Source of the DNA: Thermoplasmata archaeon
Lineage (GTDB): Archaea > Thermoplasmatota > Thermoplasmata > Lutacidiplasmatales > UBA184
DNA: 64,000 nucleotides
Direction: 5' to 3'
Assembly (NCBI GenBank): GCA_021816955.1
Contig: JAKAWP010000002.1
Coordinates: 37-64,036 of the forward strand
Of this stretch, positions 54,115 through 63,486 are shown one piece after another (position 1 is the stretch's first letter; every line of letters begins with the position of its first letter). The notes beneath the pieces are model-generated. The model saw only the letters and a program-made list of their open reading frames with translations, searched no databases and was not told where the DNA came from. A program made the position numbers and the translations under genes.

Positions 54115-54905
54115 CGTCGCGGACCCGGCGGACCGTCGCCGTGATCGGCGGGTCGGGGATCCGCGCGCTGTTTCCGGACGGCCCCGAGACCACCCATCGC
54201 GTCGCGACGCCGTGGGGTGCTCCGTCCGCCCCGATCGAAGAGGGGACCGTCGGGGGGATGCGGGTGCTCTTTTTGCCCCGGCACGGCGCCGGCCACACGA
54301 TCCCGCCCCACCGGGTCAACTATCGGGCGAACGTCGACGCGCTCGTAAGCCTCGGCGCGGATGCGCTGATCGCGCTCAACAGCGTGGGGTCGCTTAAGGA
54401 GCGGCTGTCGCCCGGGACGTTCACGCTCCCGGCCCAGTTCATCGACTACACGAAGCAGCGGCCGACGACGTTCTTCGACGGCGGGAAGGTCTACCACGTC
54501 TCGATGGCCGACCCGTTCTGCCCGGATCTCTCGGCGCGGGCGGCCCGGGCCGGCCGGGCGGCGGGGACGCCGTTCGTCGAGGGCACGACGTACGTCTGCG
54601 TCGAGGGCCCGCGGTTCAGCACTCGGGCCGAGTCGAAGCTGTTCCGCTCGTTCGCGGACGTCATCGGCATGACGCTCGTTCCCGAGGTGACCCTCGCCCG
54701 GGAGCGGGCCCGCTGCTTCGTCTGCCTCGCGATGGTGACGGACTTCGATGTCTGGGCCGAGCGACCGGTCGAGACCGCGGAGATCCTCTCGACGATGCGG
54801 GCGAACGACGAGCGGATCCGGTCGGTGCTCGCGCGGCTGATCCCCGAGCTTGCGGCACCGACGACGTGCGGGTGTGACGAAGCGCTCGCGTCGGCCGGGG
54901 TGTAG
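54111..54905 (+). CDS. mtnP: S-methyl-5'-thioadenosine phosphorylase (PNP/MTAP family)
   Basis: 'VAVIGGSG', 'FLPRHGAGHTIPPHRVNYRAN', 'ALNSVGSL', 'YVCVEGPRFSTRAES', 'DVIGMTLVPEVTLARE', 'LAMVTDFD'. Confidence 0.85.
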   Translation: MTSRTRRTVAVIGGSGIRALFPDGPETTHRVATPWGAPSAPIEEGTVGGMRVLFLPRHGAGHTIPPHRVNYRANVDALVSLGADALIALNSVGSLKERLSPGTFTLPAQFIDYTKQRPTTFFDGGKVYHVSMADPFCPDLSARAARAGRAAGTPFVEGTTYVCVEGPRFSTRAESKLFRSFADVIGMTLVPEVTLARERARCFVCLAMVTDFDVWAERPVETAEILSTMRANDERIRSVLARLIPELAAPTTCGCDEALASAGV

Positions 54906-54925
54906 CGGACGGACGCCCGCCGCCC

Positions 54926-55138
54926 CTAGTTCGCCGGCGGCGATCGCCGCACGGTGATCGGGATTACGCCGGCGGCGAACTCGCGCTCGGCGATCTCGAC
55001 CGGGTCGACGAGCGTCGGTTCGACCTCGATCAGGAGCGGCGCGCCGAGGGAGATCTGGAGCGCCCGGGCGCCGAGGATCCGGGCCCGTTCGAAGCGAGTG
55101 TACTCGGTCCCCGGCTTCGGAAGCGACGTTCGAGGCAT
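54926..55138 (-). CDS. rpoK: DNA-directed RNA polymerase subunit K (Rpo6)
   Basis: '[26 protein letters not shown]' and '[21 protein letters not shown]'. I chose the start MPRTSLPK (ATG 55136-55138). Confidence 0.8.
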   Translation of the reverse strand: MPRTSLPKPGTEYTRFERARILGARALQISLGAPLLIEVEPTLVDPVEIAEREFAAGVIPITVRRSPPAN

Positions 55139-55363
55139 ACGGTCGTTGCCCGGGACCGCGGAGGCGATCGCGGCCATCGAGGGCCCGCCCACTCGGACCC
55201 CGCTATATACCCTTTGCGAAGCCGACGCGCGCCGGTTCCCGATCGGCCGCGTCGAGCGCAAACCGTCCGCGGGTCGAGAGGGCCCGATAGCCCACCTCTT
55301 TTAAGAAGGGGAGGAGGGTCTGGGCTCCGTTCGACTCGTCGGAGGCGACGAGGCGACCGAGCG

Positions 55364-56191
55364 ATGAGCGGCCCGATCACCCCGCAAGGACCCCCCCTTC
55401 CGAAGAGCCTCTCGATCTTCGTCACCCGTCCGGGGAAGGAACTCTACGAGGTGACGGTCGAATTCGACGACGCGAAGGGCCGCCTCGCCGATCTCTTGGG
55501 CTGCTTACCGGAGCCGGGGTGCTCCGTCGTGGCGCTCCACGTCGCCCCGCTCCCCCATGCCGAAGCGGCGGGGACCGCCCGAGCGCCGCTGCTCGCGCGG
55601 CTCCATCTCGCGGTCACGCCTCCGATCGATGCGGAGGCGATCCGACACTGCCTCGAGGGGAAGGCCTACGTGCTCGGGGCGATCGTGCGGAGCGGTCTTT
55701 CGGGGGTCCTGATCGACTCGTCGTTTCCGCTCTACCTCACCGAACGGGCCCGCGCGATCGTTCTGGACGCGCATCGAGCGTCCGACATGCTCGACAATCT
55801 TCGCCTGCGCATGGGCAGCGGCGGTGCGGTACTTATGTACGAGCAGGGACGGGCGTACGGAGAGTCGGCCGGGGCCGCCTACGTGCGGACGTTCGGTAGC
55901 GCGTTCTTGCGGACGCATCCGGAGTACGCGCTCCGGCTGTTCACCGCGATGGGATGGGGGGAGACCGAGCTCCTCGAATACGACTTTGACCACGGCACGG
56001 CCCGCCTGACGATGCGCGACGGCTTCGAATGCCGCAGCCAACGGTCGCCGATTCCGTACAGCCAGTTCATTCGCGGCTGCCTCGCCGGCGTGATTTCGGC
56101 GGTGACCGACCGAATCGTCGACTGCACCGAGACGCACTGCATCGCCCAAGGGGACGACCGGTGCGAGTTCGCCATCCGACCCCGCGCCTGA
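55364..56191 (+). CDS. V4R (4-vinyl-reductase) domain protein with N-terminal ACT-like module
   Basis: C-terminal 'MGWGETELLEYDFDHGTARLTMRDGFECRS......FIRGCLAGVISAVT...VDCTETHCIAQGDDRCEFAI' is the V4R signature. Confidence 0.7.
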   Translation: MSGPITPQGPPLPKSLSIFVTRPGKELYEVTVEFDDAKGRLADLLGCLPEPGCSVVALHVAPLPHAEAAGTARAPLLARLHLAVTPPIDAEAIRHCLEGKAYVLGAIVRSGLSGVLIDSSFPLYLTERARAIVLDAHRASDMLDNLRLRMGSGGAVLMYEQGRAYGESAGAAYVRTFGSAFLRTHPEYALRLFTAMGWGETELLEYDFDHGTARLTMRDGFECRSQRSPIPYSQFIRGCLAGVISAVTDRIVDCTETHCIAQGDDRCEFAIRPRA

Positions 56192-56404
56192 CGCGCCGCT
56201 CCCGGCTCCCGGCGCGCGATTCAATCGCTCGCCGGCCCGCGGGACACGGTCCGGTCGGCACGCGCGGACCGCGGGTCCTCCGGCCGGTCGGGTCTCGGGT
56301 TCCTCCCTCCTGGGGGCGCTCGATGCGACGGGGAGCCCCCGCACGCTTTCCCGTCGCGCCCCCGCCGAGGGCAAACCAATAATGGCGGCGATCGATGCGG
56401 CCCC

Positions 56405-57460
56405 GTGGCCCGCCGACTCGCGTTCCTCAAGCTATTGTTGCGCGCGATCTGGAAGTTCGCGCTTGCCTGGGTCGCCGTCTACTTCGGAGCGGCGCTCGGC
56501 TTTTGGTACCTGCACGGCGCGAACGAACCCGGACTCCTCAACTCCTTCTACTGGGCGATCGCCACGCTCTCGACGGTCGGCTACGGCGACGTCGTGCCGG
56601 TCACCGTCGACGCCAAGCTGTTCGCGATCGCCATCATCGGCATCGAGATCTTCCTCGGCGCCTACCTCGTCTCGGTCGTGTTGAGCGTCGTCGGGGAGGA
56701 GTCGCGGCAGGCGGCACTCGGCACGCTCGGCACCGACCTCGCCGGGCACATCGTCGTGCTCGGGTACACGCCGGTCGGCCAATCCGCGGTCCGTGAGCTG
56801 CTCGCCCAAGGCGAGAAGGTCGCCCTCCTGACCGACAAAGCGGACGAGGTCGCGAACCTGCGGACGCTGGCGCCGGAGAGCCGGTTCTTCGTCACCTACG
56901 CCGCATCGCCCGACGAGGAGATCCTCAACCGGATGAACATCGACGCGGCGACCGCGGCGATCATCTGCACCTCGGACGACACGCTCAACCTGATCGCGGC
57001 GATCAACCTGCGCTCGCGGCGACCCCGCCTGCGCGTCGTCGTCTCCGTCGCGCGGCCGGAACTTCGGCAGACCCTCAAGGCGGCCGGAGTGACGTACGTC
57101 ACGAGCCCCGGGCAGATGAGCGGCCGGCTCTGCGCGAACGCCGCGTTCCGACCCGACATTCCGAACGTCATCGAAGGGTTCAGCGCGACCTCGCACGGAG
57201 CTGACATCACCGAGTACGTCCTCCGGGACGACAGCCCCCTCGTCGGGAAGAGCCTCGGCGAGGCCGAGCGCCTCGTCCGGGGCGCCTCCGACGGCCGAGT
57301 GATCGGCTACGCCCGTGCGCGGCCCGACGGAGAGCACGACGTCCGCCTGCTCCCGCCGGTCACGGAGGTGCTCCGGGCCGGGGACGCTCTCATCGTGATG
57401 GGCACGCTCGACAGCCTCCAGCGAACGACACAGTACCTTGGCGTTGCCCCGGGCCGATAG
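56405..57460 (+). CDS. Potassium channel (2-TM pore, TVGYGD filter) with RCK/TrkA domains (MthK-like)
   Basis: 'FYWAIATLSTVGYGDVVPV', RCK Rossmann 'HIVVLGYTPVGQSAVREL', and a C-terminal TrkA-C-like 'LVGKSLGEAE...DALIVMG'. GTG start. Confidence 0.85.
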   Translation: MARRLAFLKLLLRAIWKFALAWVAVYFGAALGFWYLHGANEPGLLNSFYWAIATLSTVGYGDVVPVTVDAKLFAIAIIGIEIFLGAYLVSVVLSVVGEESRQAALGTLGTDLAGHIVVLGYTPVGQSAVRELLAQGEKVALLTDKADEVANLRTLAPESRFFVTYAASPDEEILNRMNIDAATAAIICTSDDTLNLIAAINLRSRRPRLRVVVSVARPELRQTLKAAGVTYVTSPGQMSGRLCANAAFRPDIPNVIEGFSATSHGADITEYVLRDDSPLVGKSLGEAERLVRGASDGRVIGYARARPDGEHDVRLLPPVTEVLRAGDALIVMGTLDSLQRTTQYLGVAPGR

Positions 57461-57473
57461 CCGGAGGCGACGG

Positions 57474-58757
57474 ATGGTCGGCGCGCCGGCCGTGGCCGCC
57501 ACGGCCGTCTTCCTCGGAGCGATCGCGCTCACGGTCGTTTGGGAGAACTACCGCGTCCCGATCGTCGGGGCGGGTGCGGCGATCGCGGTCGGCGTCGGCC
57601 TCGTCCCCACGGGGGCCCTCGTCCCCCAAGGGTGGGGCGCGGGCGGATCCGTCGTGGAGTGGAACGCGCTCGCCCTCTTGACGGGTCTGATCTTGTTCGG
57701 GGCGCTGTTCGGCGCGCTCGGGCTCACCCGGGCGGCCGCGCTCACGCTCGCCTTTCGCCTCAAAGGAAACCCCGTCCGGCTGTTCGCGACGCTCGCGGGA
57801 CTCGCGTTCGCCCTGTCGATGCTGCTCACGTCGGTGGCGGTGATCTTGATCCTGATCGGCGTCACGCTCGAGATTTGCCAGGCGCTCCGGATCCCGCCGA
57901 TCCCCTTCGTGCTCGGGGAGGTGTCGGCCGCGAACATCGGCGGCGCCGGCACGCTCTTCGGCAGCCCGCCGAACGTCATCCTCGGGACGAAGTTCGCGCT
58001 CAGCTTTCCGGCGTTCCTGACCCACACCGGCCCGGCGGCGCTCGCCGCCCTCGCCGTCACGGTCCTCCTGTTCGTCCGGTCGATGCGGCCGACGCCCGGC
58101 GCACCGCCTCCGTCCGTTCCCCGGCCGACGATCGAGCTCGACCGGCCCCACGTGCTCGTCGCGATCGGCGCGTTCGTCGTGATGATCGCCTTCCTCGTCG
58201 AAGGGTCGAGCTGGGGGATCCCGATCTGGATGGTCGGCGTCGCGGGCGGCGGGGCGGCCGTGGCGATCGCAGGGCCTCGCTTCGCCCGCGGGCTCGTCGA
58301 AGACCTCGATTGGCAGACGCTGCTCTTCCTCGCCCTTCTGTTCGTCCTCGTCGGGGCGCTCCTGGATACCGGGGCGATCGCGGCGTTCGCCGGGGGCCTC
58401 CTCGCGACCGGCGTGACCGACCCGATCGCCCTCGGCTTGGTGCTCCTTTGGGCGCTCGCCGGGCTCTCGATGCTCATCGACAACGTCCCGCTCGCCGCGG
58501 TCGCGGCGCCGCTCGTCGCCCAGATCGGCGCCGCGGCCCAGGTCGGAACGACCGGCCTCGTCTACGCCGCGACCCTCGGTCTCAACCTCGGCGGGAACGG
58601 CACCCCGATCGGATCCGCCGCGGGGATTGTCGGCCTAGCGGAGGCGGAGCGCCGGGGGTTCCGGGTCGGCTGGCGCCGATTCGTGCGCCAGTCGGGCCCG
58701 ATCATGGTCGCGGCCCTCGCCGCGGCGAGCGTCGTCTGGATCTTCGTCGCGCGCTAG
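57474..58757 (+). CDS. ArsB/NhaD-superfamily (citrate-transporter-like) anion permease
   Basis: About 10-12 TM helices with 'SAANIGGAGTLFGSPPNVIL' and 'LIDNVPLAAVAAPL', typical of this superfamily. An alternative TTG start lies at 57438. Confidence 0.7.
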   Translation: MVGAPAVAATAVFLGAIALTVVWENYRVPIVGAGAAIAVGVGLVPTGALVPQGWGAGGSVVEWNALALLTGLILFGALFGALGLTRAAALTLAFRLKGNPVRLFATLAGLAFALSMLLTSVAVILILIGVTLEICQALRIPPIPFVLGEVSAANIGGAGTLFGSPPNVILGTKFALSFPAFLTHTGPAALAALAVTVLLFVRSMRPTPGAPPPSVPRPTIELDRPHVLVAIGAFVVMIAFLVEGSSWGIPIWMVGVAGGGAAVAIAGPRFARGLVEDLDWQTLLFLALLFVLVGALLDTGAIAAFAGGLLATGVTDPIALGLVLLWALAGLSMLIDNVPLAAVAAPLVAQIGAAAQVGTTGLVYAATLGLNLGGNGTPIGSAAGIVGLAEAERRGFRVGWRRFVRQSGPIMVAALAAASVVWIFVAR

Positions 58758-60850
58758 GGTTCCCGTTCTTCCGGTTTCCCCATCGGAGGCATCGGGGTGG
58801 GGTCCGCCGGCACGGGGGTCGACGGAGGGGCACCGCGAGGGCCCGGGCCTTCGGGCGCTCGCGGGTCTTGGGCGGGTGGTGGCGGCTCGGCGGCAGGGGC
58901 GGCCCGGGCCGACCCGCGAGATCCTCGGCGGGCGCGCCAGCGCCGGACGAAGAAGCTTCCGTAGCCCTCCTGGAGCACGAAGTCCTCCTCGGCCTTCCGG
59001 CGGCTCGCCTCGAGGAGGTTCGTCCGGGAGACGTAGCCGACGAGAGTTCCGCTCTCGTCCGTGACGAGCAGGTAGGGGACCTTCCGCAAGATCAGGGTCG
59101 AGTAGGCGGCGTACGCGGTCGCCTCCGGCGCGATCGTGACGAAGCTCCGGTCGGCGATCTCGCGGCTCGGGCGCTCCGGGTGGCCGTGCTCGATGAGCTC
59201 GCGGTAGACTGCCTCCCGGTCGACCACGCCGACGACGCGGCCCGCCTCGATCGCCGGGACGCGCTTCAAGCGGAACATCGGGTCGTCCGGCCGCTGAAAT
59301 CGCCGATGGAGCTCGAGGACGGTCGTCTCGGCCGGGACGGTCACGACCGGCCGGCTCATCACGTCGCGTACTCGGGCGAGCCGGAGCGGGTTGTACTCGT
59401 AGATGTGCCGGATCGAGTAGCCGCGCTCCTTGAGGCGCTCGGTCATGATCGTCTCGGGGAGGAGGTACTCCGCGAGCAGCTCGGCGACAAAGACGGTGAC
59501 GAAGATCGGGACGACGACGTTGAAGTCGCGCGTCACCTCGAGCGCAAAGACGCTCGACGCCAGAGGCGCCCGCGCCGCGGCCCCAAAGACCGCGGCCATC
59601 GCGGCGACGGCGAATACCCCGGGCACGGGCGAGCCCGGGGCGATCACGTCGAAACCGAACCCGAGACCGTAGCCGAAGGCGCCGCCCACAAGGAACAACG
59701 GGGCGAGCGTCCCTCCGGAGGTCTGAGAACCCATCGCGAGCAGCCAAGCGAGGAGCTTCGCGCCGATCAGGAGGAGGACGAGCGTGATCGCGAGGCGCCC
59801 GACGAGGACGTCGTCGATCACGTTGTAGCCGACCCCGAGGATGTCGGGGACGAAGAACCCGACCAGGCCGACCGCGACGCCGCCGAGCGCGGGGAGCCAC
59901 GGCTGGCCGATCGGGAGCCGACGGAAGATCCGCTCGGTGCGGTACAGCGCCCGGGTCACGAAGACCGCGAAGAGTCCGCAGGCGAGTCCGAGCAGGATGA
60001 ACAGCGGAAGGGCGGCGAGGCTTCCCGCGTCGTAGGCGGGCGTCGGGAAGAGCGGCTCGGGGCTGATGAGTAGGTAGTGCATCCCGGCGCCGACGGCCGA
60101 GCCGAGGGCGATCGGGATCAGCGAGCGGACCCGGAACTCGAACAGCAACAGCTCGACCACGAGCAGGACCGCCGAGATCGGCGTCCCGAAGATGGCGGCC
60201 ATTCCCGCGGCCGCGCCGGTCGCCAGCAGGATCCGCCGCTCGGAGGGGGTGACGGTGAGCCACTGGCCGATGTACGAACCGAACGCTCCGCCGGTCTGGA
60301 TGATCGGCCCTTCGACCCCGAACGGCTGCCCGAAGCCGATGGTCGCCGTGGAGGCGATCGCCTTCAGCACCCCGACCTTCGGCTCGACCCGGCTCTCCGT
60401 CGTGACGACGGCTTCCATCGTCTCGGGGATCCCGTGTCCGACGATCTTGGGCGAGCCGTAGCGGATGAGCAGTCCGGCGATGACCCCGCCGATCGCCGGC
60501 AGGACGATCACGACGAGTCCGAGGTGATTGTCGGCCGGCGAGACAAACGTCGCGCTCAGCACCCCGTAGAACGCGGCGTTCGTGAGCAGCCCAATCGCAT
60601 GGTACAGCACGAAGGCGATCGCGCCGGCCGCGCCTCCGATGCCGATCGCGCTCGCGGAGAGCCGGGTGATTCGCGGGTCACCCGAAGCACGAAGCGTCGT
60701 CGTCCGTTCGTTCCCGCCGTCGTCCGAGGTCACGGGAACGCCCGGACCTGTTTCGCCCACAACATCGATCCTCACCGCCGGCGACGGCGCAAAGACCGTC
60801 TGGAGTTGACGGCAAAGTGACGACGCTCCGGGACTTATGGGGTTTTTCAA
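58754..60850 (-). CDS. ClC-family chloride channel/transporter with C-terminal CBS-domain pair
   Basis: 'GHGIPE', 'GVEGPIIQTGGAFG', 'GTLAPLFLVGGAFG', then two CBS-like repeats (VRDVMSRPVVTVP...; IADRSFVTIAP...LLVTDESGTLVGYVS). Pro/Arg-rich tail. Confidence 0.85.
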   Translation of the reverse strand: MKNPISPGASSLCRQLQTVFAPSPAVRIDVVGETGPGVPVTSDDGGNERTTTLRASGDPRITRLSASAIGIGGAAGAIAFVLYHAIGLLTNAAFYGVLSATFVSPADNHLGLVVIVLPAIGGVIAGLLIRYGSPKIVGHGIPETMEAVVTTESRVEPKVGVLKAIASTATIGFGQPFGVEGPIIQTGGAFGSYIGQWLTVTPSERRILLATGAAAGMAAIFGTPISAVLLVVELLLFEFRVRSLIPIALGSAVGAGMHYLLISPEPLFPTPAYDAGSLAALPLFILLGLACGLFAVFVTRALYRTERIFRRLPIGQPWLPALGGVAVGLVGFFVPDILGVGYNVIDDVLVGRLAITLVLLLIGAKLLAWLLAMGSQTSGGTLAPLFLVGGAFGYGLGFGFDVIAPGSPVPGVFAVAAMAAVFGAAARAPLASSVFALEVTRDFNVVVPIFVTVFVAELLAEYLLPETIMTERLKERGYSIRHIYEYNPLRLARVRDVMSRPVVTVPAETTVLELHRRFQRPDDPMFRLKRVPAIEAGRVVGVVDREAVYRELIEHGHPERPSREIADRSFVTIAPEATAYAAYSTLILRKVPYLLVTDESGTLVGYVSRTNLLEASRRKAEEDFVLQEGYGSFFVRRWRARRGSRGSARAAPAAEPPPPAQDPRAPEGPGPRGAPPSTPVPADPTPMPPMGKPEEREP

Positions 60851-61519
60851 TCAAGCCGCGTCGCACCGGCGCCTCCGCCCGCGGCCGGGTTCCGACTCCG
60901 GCAGCGACGGCCGAAACGACTAACCGTATCGATCGACGCCATGAACCCGCTCGGCGGTCCCGTGCACAACGGACGGTGGGAGGGGGGAGGGCCGGCCTTC
61001 CATACCGTCGTTCCGCCGCCGATCCTCTTCAAGAGCGCGAGGGCATGGGACGGTTCGGTCGGGGTCCGTCCGGTCCCCGTGAGATCGGTCGGTCGCGTGC
61101 GATTTTCGGACAGCTTCGCCCGGTCGTTGAGCCTCTGGATGGCGGTCTGCCGCCGGAACTCTCCCGCGTCCCGGCAATCCCGCACGATCTGCCCGTCGGC
61201 TGTACGCTCGGCGGGTCCGTCCCGACTTGTCGTCACCGAGGCTCCACGGCACCGCACCGATCGACGGAAGTCGAAATGCTGCTTCGTCGGCGTCGTTCAC
61301 CTCGGCTCGGAGCTCAGCGGAGGGTCCCAAGTAGGAGGATGGGCCGTGCGAAGAATCCACGGAGGAAGGGAGCAGAGACAAAGGGTCGCTGGGGCCGGGC
61401 TCGAGTCCGGCTCTCCCCGGGTCCACCGGTGTTCATTCGTGCCCACCGGGTCTTGATGGGCGAGGGTTCAGCGGCCTGGCTTTGATTCGGGTTCTGGGGA
61501 AATCGCGCGCCGACCTCGC

Positions 61520-62833
61520 TCAACCTCCCGGACGGGTCGGAAAGCGGTTGGGGGCGTAGCGGCTCAATCCGTACCCCGTTCGCCCTGCCGACCGGCCGGA
61601 TCGATGCCGGCCGCGGCCCGGACCGTTCGTTCGGTGTGAGCGGGATGGCGGGGGAGTTGGGACGTTGTAGGCGAACCCCGGAACGATGGACCGCTCGATC
61701 CGGAGACCGAGCGTCCGCTCGATCCGGGCGAAGTCCGCTTCTTCCTCGGGCGCGACCAGGGTGTAGGCGTCGCCGCGCTGCTGCGCCCGGGCCGTTCGGC
61801 CGACCCGGTGGACGTACGTCTCCGGGTCGGCCGGCACGTCAAAGTTCACGACGTGGCTCACGCCCTTGACGTCGACGCCCCGGGCAGCGATGTCGGTAGC
61901 GACGAGGATCCGGTGGTCCCCGCGTCGGAATCCCTCGAGGGCCCGGGTCCGCTGGCTCTGGCTGCGGTTGCCGTGGATCACCCCGGTCGGGAAACCGTGC
62001 TGGGCCAGGTCGCGGGCGAGACGATCGGCGCGGTGTTTGGTTCGTGTGAAGACGAGCACGCTCGTCATCGCCGCGTCGGCGAGGAGCTCCGTCAGGAGGG
62101 CCGACTTCCGGTGAGCGGGAACGGGAAGCGCGAGGTGAGCGACCCCGACGGCCGCCACCGTCCGCTCCTCGACCTGGACGAGGCGAGGGTCGCGCAAGAA
62201 CTCCCGGGAGAGGCGGACGATCTCGGGCGGCATCGTCGCCGAGAACAGGAGGGTCTGCCGTTCGCGGGGAAGCGCGGAGAGGATCCGTCGGACGTCCGGC
62301 AGGAACCCCATGTCGAGCATCCGGTCCGCTTCATCGAGGACCAAGATCTTGAGCGAACGAAGGTCGACGTATCCCCGCCCGAGGTGGTCGAGGAGCCGGC
62401 CCGGTGTCGCGATCACGATCTCGGCGCCGCCGCGCAGGCCCCGCTCCTGGTCGGCCATGCCGACCCCGCCGTAGACGGCGACGCCGCGCAGCGGAGTGTG
62501 GCGGGCGAGCTTCCGCAAGAACCCCTCGGCTTGGAGCGCGAGCTCGCGGGTCGGGGTGAGGATCAACGCATGGATCTTACCGCGGGGCTCGTTCAGGAGC
62601 CGCTCGAGGATCGGAAGGAGGAAGGCCGCCGTCTTGCCGGTCCCGGTTTGGCTGGTACCGACGATGTCCCGACCCGAGACCGCGGAGGGGATCGTTCCTT
62701 GTTGGATCGGCGTCGGGACGCGGTAGCCGATCTCCTCGATTCCCCGGCGTAGCTGGGGTCCCAAGCCGAGTTCATCGAACGAGGCCGGACGAGCGGCGGA
62801 TTTCGACGCGGCCTCCCGGCTCGCCTCCGACAT
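61520..62833 (-). CDS. DEAD-box ATP-dependent RNA helicase
   Basis: Q-motif 'FDELGL...PTPIQ', 'SQTGTGKTAAF', 'PTRELA', 'VLDEADRM', 'SAT', 'VATDIAARGVD', 'YVHRVGRTARA'. Confidence 0.9.
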   Translation of the reverse strand: MSEASREAASKSAARPASFDELGLGPQLRRGIEEIGYRVPTPIQQGTIPSAVSGRDIVGTSQTGTGKTAAFLLPILERLLNEPRGKIHALILTPTRELALQAEGFLRKLARHTPLRGVAVYGGVGMADQERGLRGGAEIVIATPGRLLDHLGRGYVDLRSLKILVLDEADRMLDMGFLPDVRRILSALPRERQTLLFSATMPPEIVRLSREFLRDPRLVQVEERTVAAVGVAHLALPVPAHRKSALLTELLADAAMTSVLVFTRTKHRADRLARDLAQHGFPTGVIHGNRSQSQRTRALEGFRRGDHRILVATDIAARGVDVKGVSHVVNFDVPADPETYVHRVGRTARAQQRGDAYTLVAPEEEADFARIERTLGLRIERSIVPGFAYNVPTPPPSRSHRTNGPGRGRHRSGRSAGRTGYGLSRYAPNRFPTRPGG

Positions 62834-63486
62834 ACCGCTGGGGAGTCCTCCCCTCGCGGATAGCGTTACCGCCCGGTCCCGCCTAGCCGGGAGAGCCGTC
62901 GATCCAGCCGGGTTCGGACGGGCCTTCCCAGTCGGGATCGCGTCAGCGGCATCGATTGGCCGCTCGCCGTCGGAGCGGCCAACGGTCCTCGATGAGCCGC
63001 GCGTACGGCGAGTGACGTCGCGATTGGCGAGCTCCTCGAGGGAGACCGCTCGCGCGCTCCCTCTCGGTTCGGGGCCGGAAGTGGGCGGTCGAACACGCCT
63101 CCGCGGATCGCATGGCGCGAGAGATCCTCGGCGCCCACGGGCGAGCGCTCACGGTTCCTTCGGGCCCGGCTTCGTTCCGATGAGGAGGGGCCTCCGACGG
63201 ACCGGACCGACTTTCCGGGGAAAGAGGCGGGGAAGTGACCGGCTCCTCGCGAGGCGCCTTCGATTCGTGGACGGAGGATCGGCGCCCGCACTCACCGGCG
63301 GACGACGCACGACGACCTGGTCCTTCGTCTCCGGCGGTTCGTCATCAGTTGTGTCGGGGAACCTCGACCGAATGCAAATCTCCGTTCCCCGTGCCGGGCG
63401 CGAAGCGCCGGAAGCCCCGGGCCTCGGCCGTCGACCGGGCGACGGTTCTCCCGCACAGGATATGGACCGCCTCGGGTTCAATCCGT

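Noticed and set aside
57539-60263. 844-aa plus-strand and 542-aa minus-strand ORFs over the permease/ClC region
   Set aside because: Both are Arg/Pro/Gly/Asp-rich shadows of the ArsB/NhaD-like and ClC genes, which have clear TM and signature motifs in other frames.
61361-61376. SRP (7S) RNA helix-8-like motif 'ggaggaagggagcag'
   Set aside because: It only superficially resembles the GGAA-tetraloop / AGCA motif. The flanking sequence does not form the required closing helix or the Alu/5' domain pairings, as far as I could fold it by eye.
62834-63486. RNase P RNA in the long structured spacer
   Set aside because: The universally conserved CR-I 'GAGGAAAGUCC' and CR-V 'ACAGAA..' type blocks are absent on both strands. 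Only a loose 'ggggaaagaggcgg' is present.
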